From positions 367,846,001 to 367,910,000 of the forward strand of contig OZ024743.1 in the NCBI GenBank assembly GCA_964016885.1: a stretch of DNA of 64,000 nucleotides, in the 5' to 3' direction. Positions 62,231 through 64,000 of the stretch are shown piece after piece. The translations under genes were made by a program, and so were the position numbers. A model generated the notes under the pieces. That model had not been told where the DNA came from. It did no database searches and saw only the letters and a program-made list of their open reading frames with translations. The stretch's first letter is position 1, and every line of letters starts with the position of its first letter. The stretch comes from Eledone cirrhosa. Lineage: Eukaryota.

Positions 62231-63277
62231 AAGGGAACATGCCAGTCAGATAGATTATATCCTTACCAGAAGACATGACAAAGTGTCGGTTGTAAACACT
62301 AAATCCCTACCCTGCGAAGAATGCACCTCCCAACATAACCTCATAGTTAGTGACCTCATAGTCAGGATGAGACATACTCGACAACAGAGGAGGACTACCC
62401 TGAGAAAAAGAATATGGAAGTTAAAGGACCCCACAACCAGTAACAAATTTAAAAGCATACTACTCAATTCTTTTGACAGTAAGGAAGAGCAATTAGAGCA
62501 GTACAATATAGAGGAACAGTGGGAATTCCTGAAAGTTAACCTGCTGAAGGCGACATATGAAATCTCTGGCTGGAGCAGACCTATAGGCAGGAGGAGAGTA
62601 GCGTGGTGGTGGAACAGTAAGGGGGAGGAGTCAATCAAGACTAAGAAGCAAGCTTGGAAAGTATGGCGGGATGGGGGAAGTAGAGAACACTATCAAATGG
62701 CGAGGAGGGAAGCTAGGAGACAAGTGTACTTTGCAAGAAGGGAAGCAGAGGAAAGAAAATTCAAGCAGGTTCTACAACACGAGGACCAAAAACGTGAGGT
62801 GTTCAGGATTGCTAGACAATGTGTCAAGGAAAATCGTGATATTGTCGGGGAGAAGTGATGATGGTATACTTGCGTCACTGATACTGATAAGAAGGTGGCT
62901 TGGAAGTGTCGTAGGCTCCTCCTAACCAAAAATACCCCCCCCCCACTACCCTTACCCCCCCCCCCCCCCCATCTACACCTCCTAAAGTTATGTTGGTGCC
63001 ACAACATCCAGTTCTAAATAAATGAGGTCGTGTAGGTGTCACAACAAAAAAACACACAGTCCACGCTGTAATATGGCCGTGTAGGTAACACGGTAAAAAC
63101 CTCCCAGCCCACACTGTAAACGTGGTTGGTGTTAGGAAGGGCATCCAGCCGTAGAAAACCCACCAGACAGTCCTATATGAGCGAGATAACCAATCTTGCC
63201 TCAAGTGGGACAATTCCCATTTAAACCCATGCTAGCGTGGATGATAGACATTAAACGACGATGATGATGATGATGAT
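62231..63277 (+). mobile_element. Internally deleted RTE (APE-RT linker joined directly to 3' UTR)
   Basis: ORF 62283-62858 matches the 12300-12900 region. At about 62910 it jumps to the 3' UTR seen at 52405-52770. Confidence 0.85.
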
Positions 63278-63399
63278 ATATATATGTATATATATATATC
63301 TATATATCTATATGTATGTATGTGTATATGCGAATAGATGACAATGAATATGCGAATAGATGACAGTTGATAATATGTATGTGATTATATAGATATATA

Positions 63400-63752
63400 C
63401 TTCGTTTTTGTATTTGTTTTGCAAGATTTCTTATCTGAAAATGAATGTTGAAACAGATGCTGTTATACTTTGGGAGGGCCATGCTGCAAATAAAAACACA
63501 TGCATCTGTTGGTTTACATTTCAATTTATTACAAATTTCCAAAATGGTGTTGGACAGAACAAAGGATAGACTCAAAATAACAGATAATCACTGGAGAGGT
63601 CACAGAATGTGTGAAGAAAGAGCTTTGACAATAAATAACCAGCCATCCGGTTATTAAACCAACTAACTGGAAATGTATAACAAATTAAAGAGAAAACCAA
63701 CAGGTATGTGTGTTTTAATTGGCAGCATGAACCTCCCACAGTATAACAATAT
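63400..63752. mobile_element. ORF-less fold-back of Penelope pLTRs with degenerate hammerhead
   Basis: pLTR tail on minus (63400-63540) fused to a plus pLTR (63540-63752). atca CTGGAGA ggtcaca gaatg tgtgaa GAAA gagctt tgac at 63587-63629. Confidence 0.75.
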
Positions 63753-64000
63753 ATATTATATATCACTCCCATTTAGGAATATCATCATTTAATGTCAAGG
63801 AAAACAGACGTTGAATGATGATGATGAAGTTGGTGATGATGATGAGGATGAGGATGATGTTGATGGTGATAATGATGATGATGATCCTCATCATCATTTA
63901 ACGTCTATCTTCCATGCTAGCATGATGATGATGATATTACTTATTTGGAATGAAGATCTTCATTTGATTTTAAAAAGCTTCATATACATGAAAATATCTA

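Overview
AT-rich, microsatellite-dense eukaryotic DNA made almost entirely of nested mobile elements. It is probably a cephalopod (Octopus-like), judging by the SINE/LINE repertoire. No host protein-coding exon could be supported. Contents: several RTE-clade LINE subfamilies, including one near-intact APE-RT copy at 43.3-46.6 kb; Expander-like, RTEX-like, Tx1-like, R4/Dong-like and CRE-like LINE fragments; tRNA-derived SINEs, including a 187-bp tandem array; bipartite RTE-derived non-autonomous elements; a non-autonomous Helitron; a piggyBac-type MITE; a decayed hAT-like transposase; an internally deleted Gypsy LTR element; and two Penelope-like elements (one Naiad-like). The least obvious signal is in the apparently featureless AT-rich islands between (TA)n runs. 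Many carry minimal type-I hammerhead ribozyme motifs (CUGANGA-stemII-GAAA-short or palindromic stem III) from about eight unrelated sequence families, often arranged as fold-back palindromes. One ~320-nt family occurs as greater-than-unit-length, circularly permuted copies, as expected for a circular-RNA retrozyme. All calls come from manual reading, without database searches or folding software.
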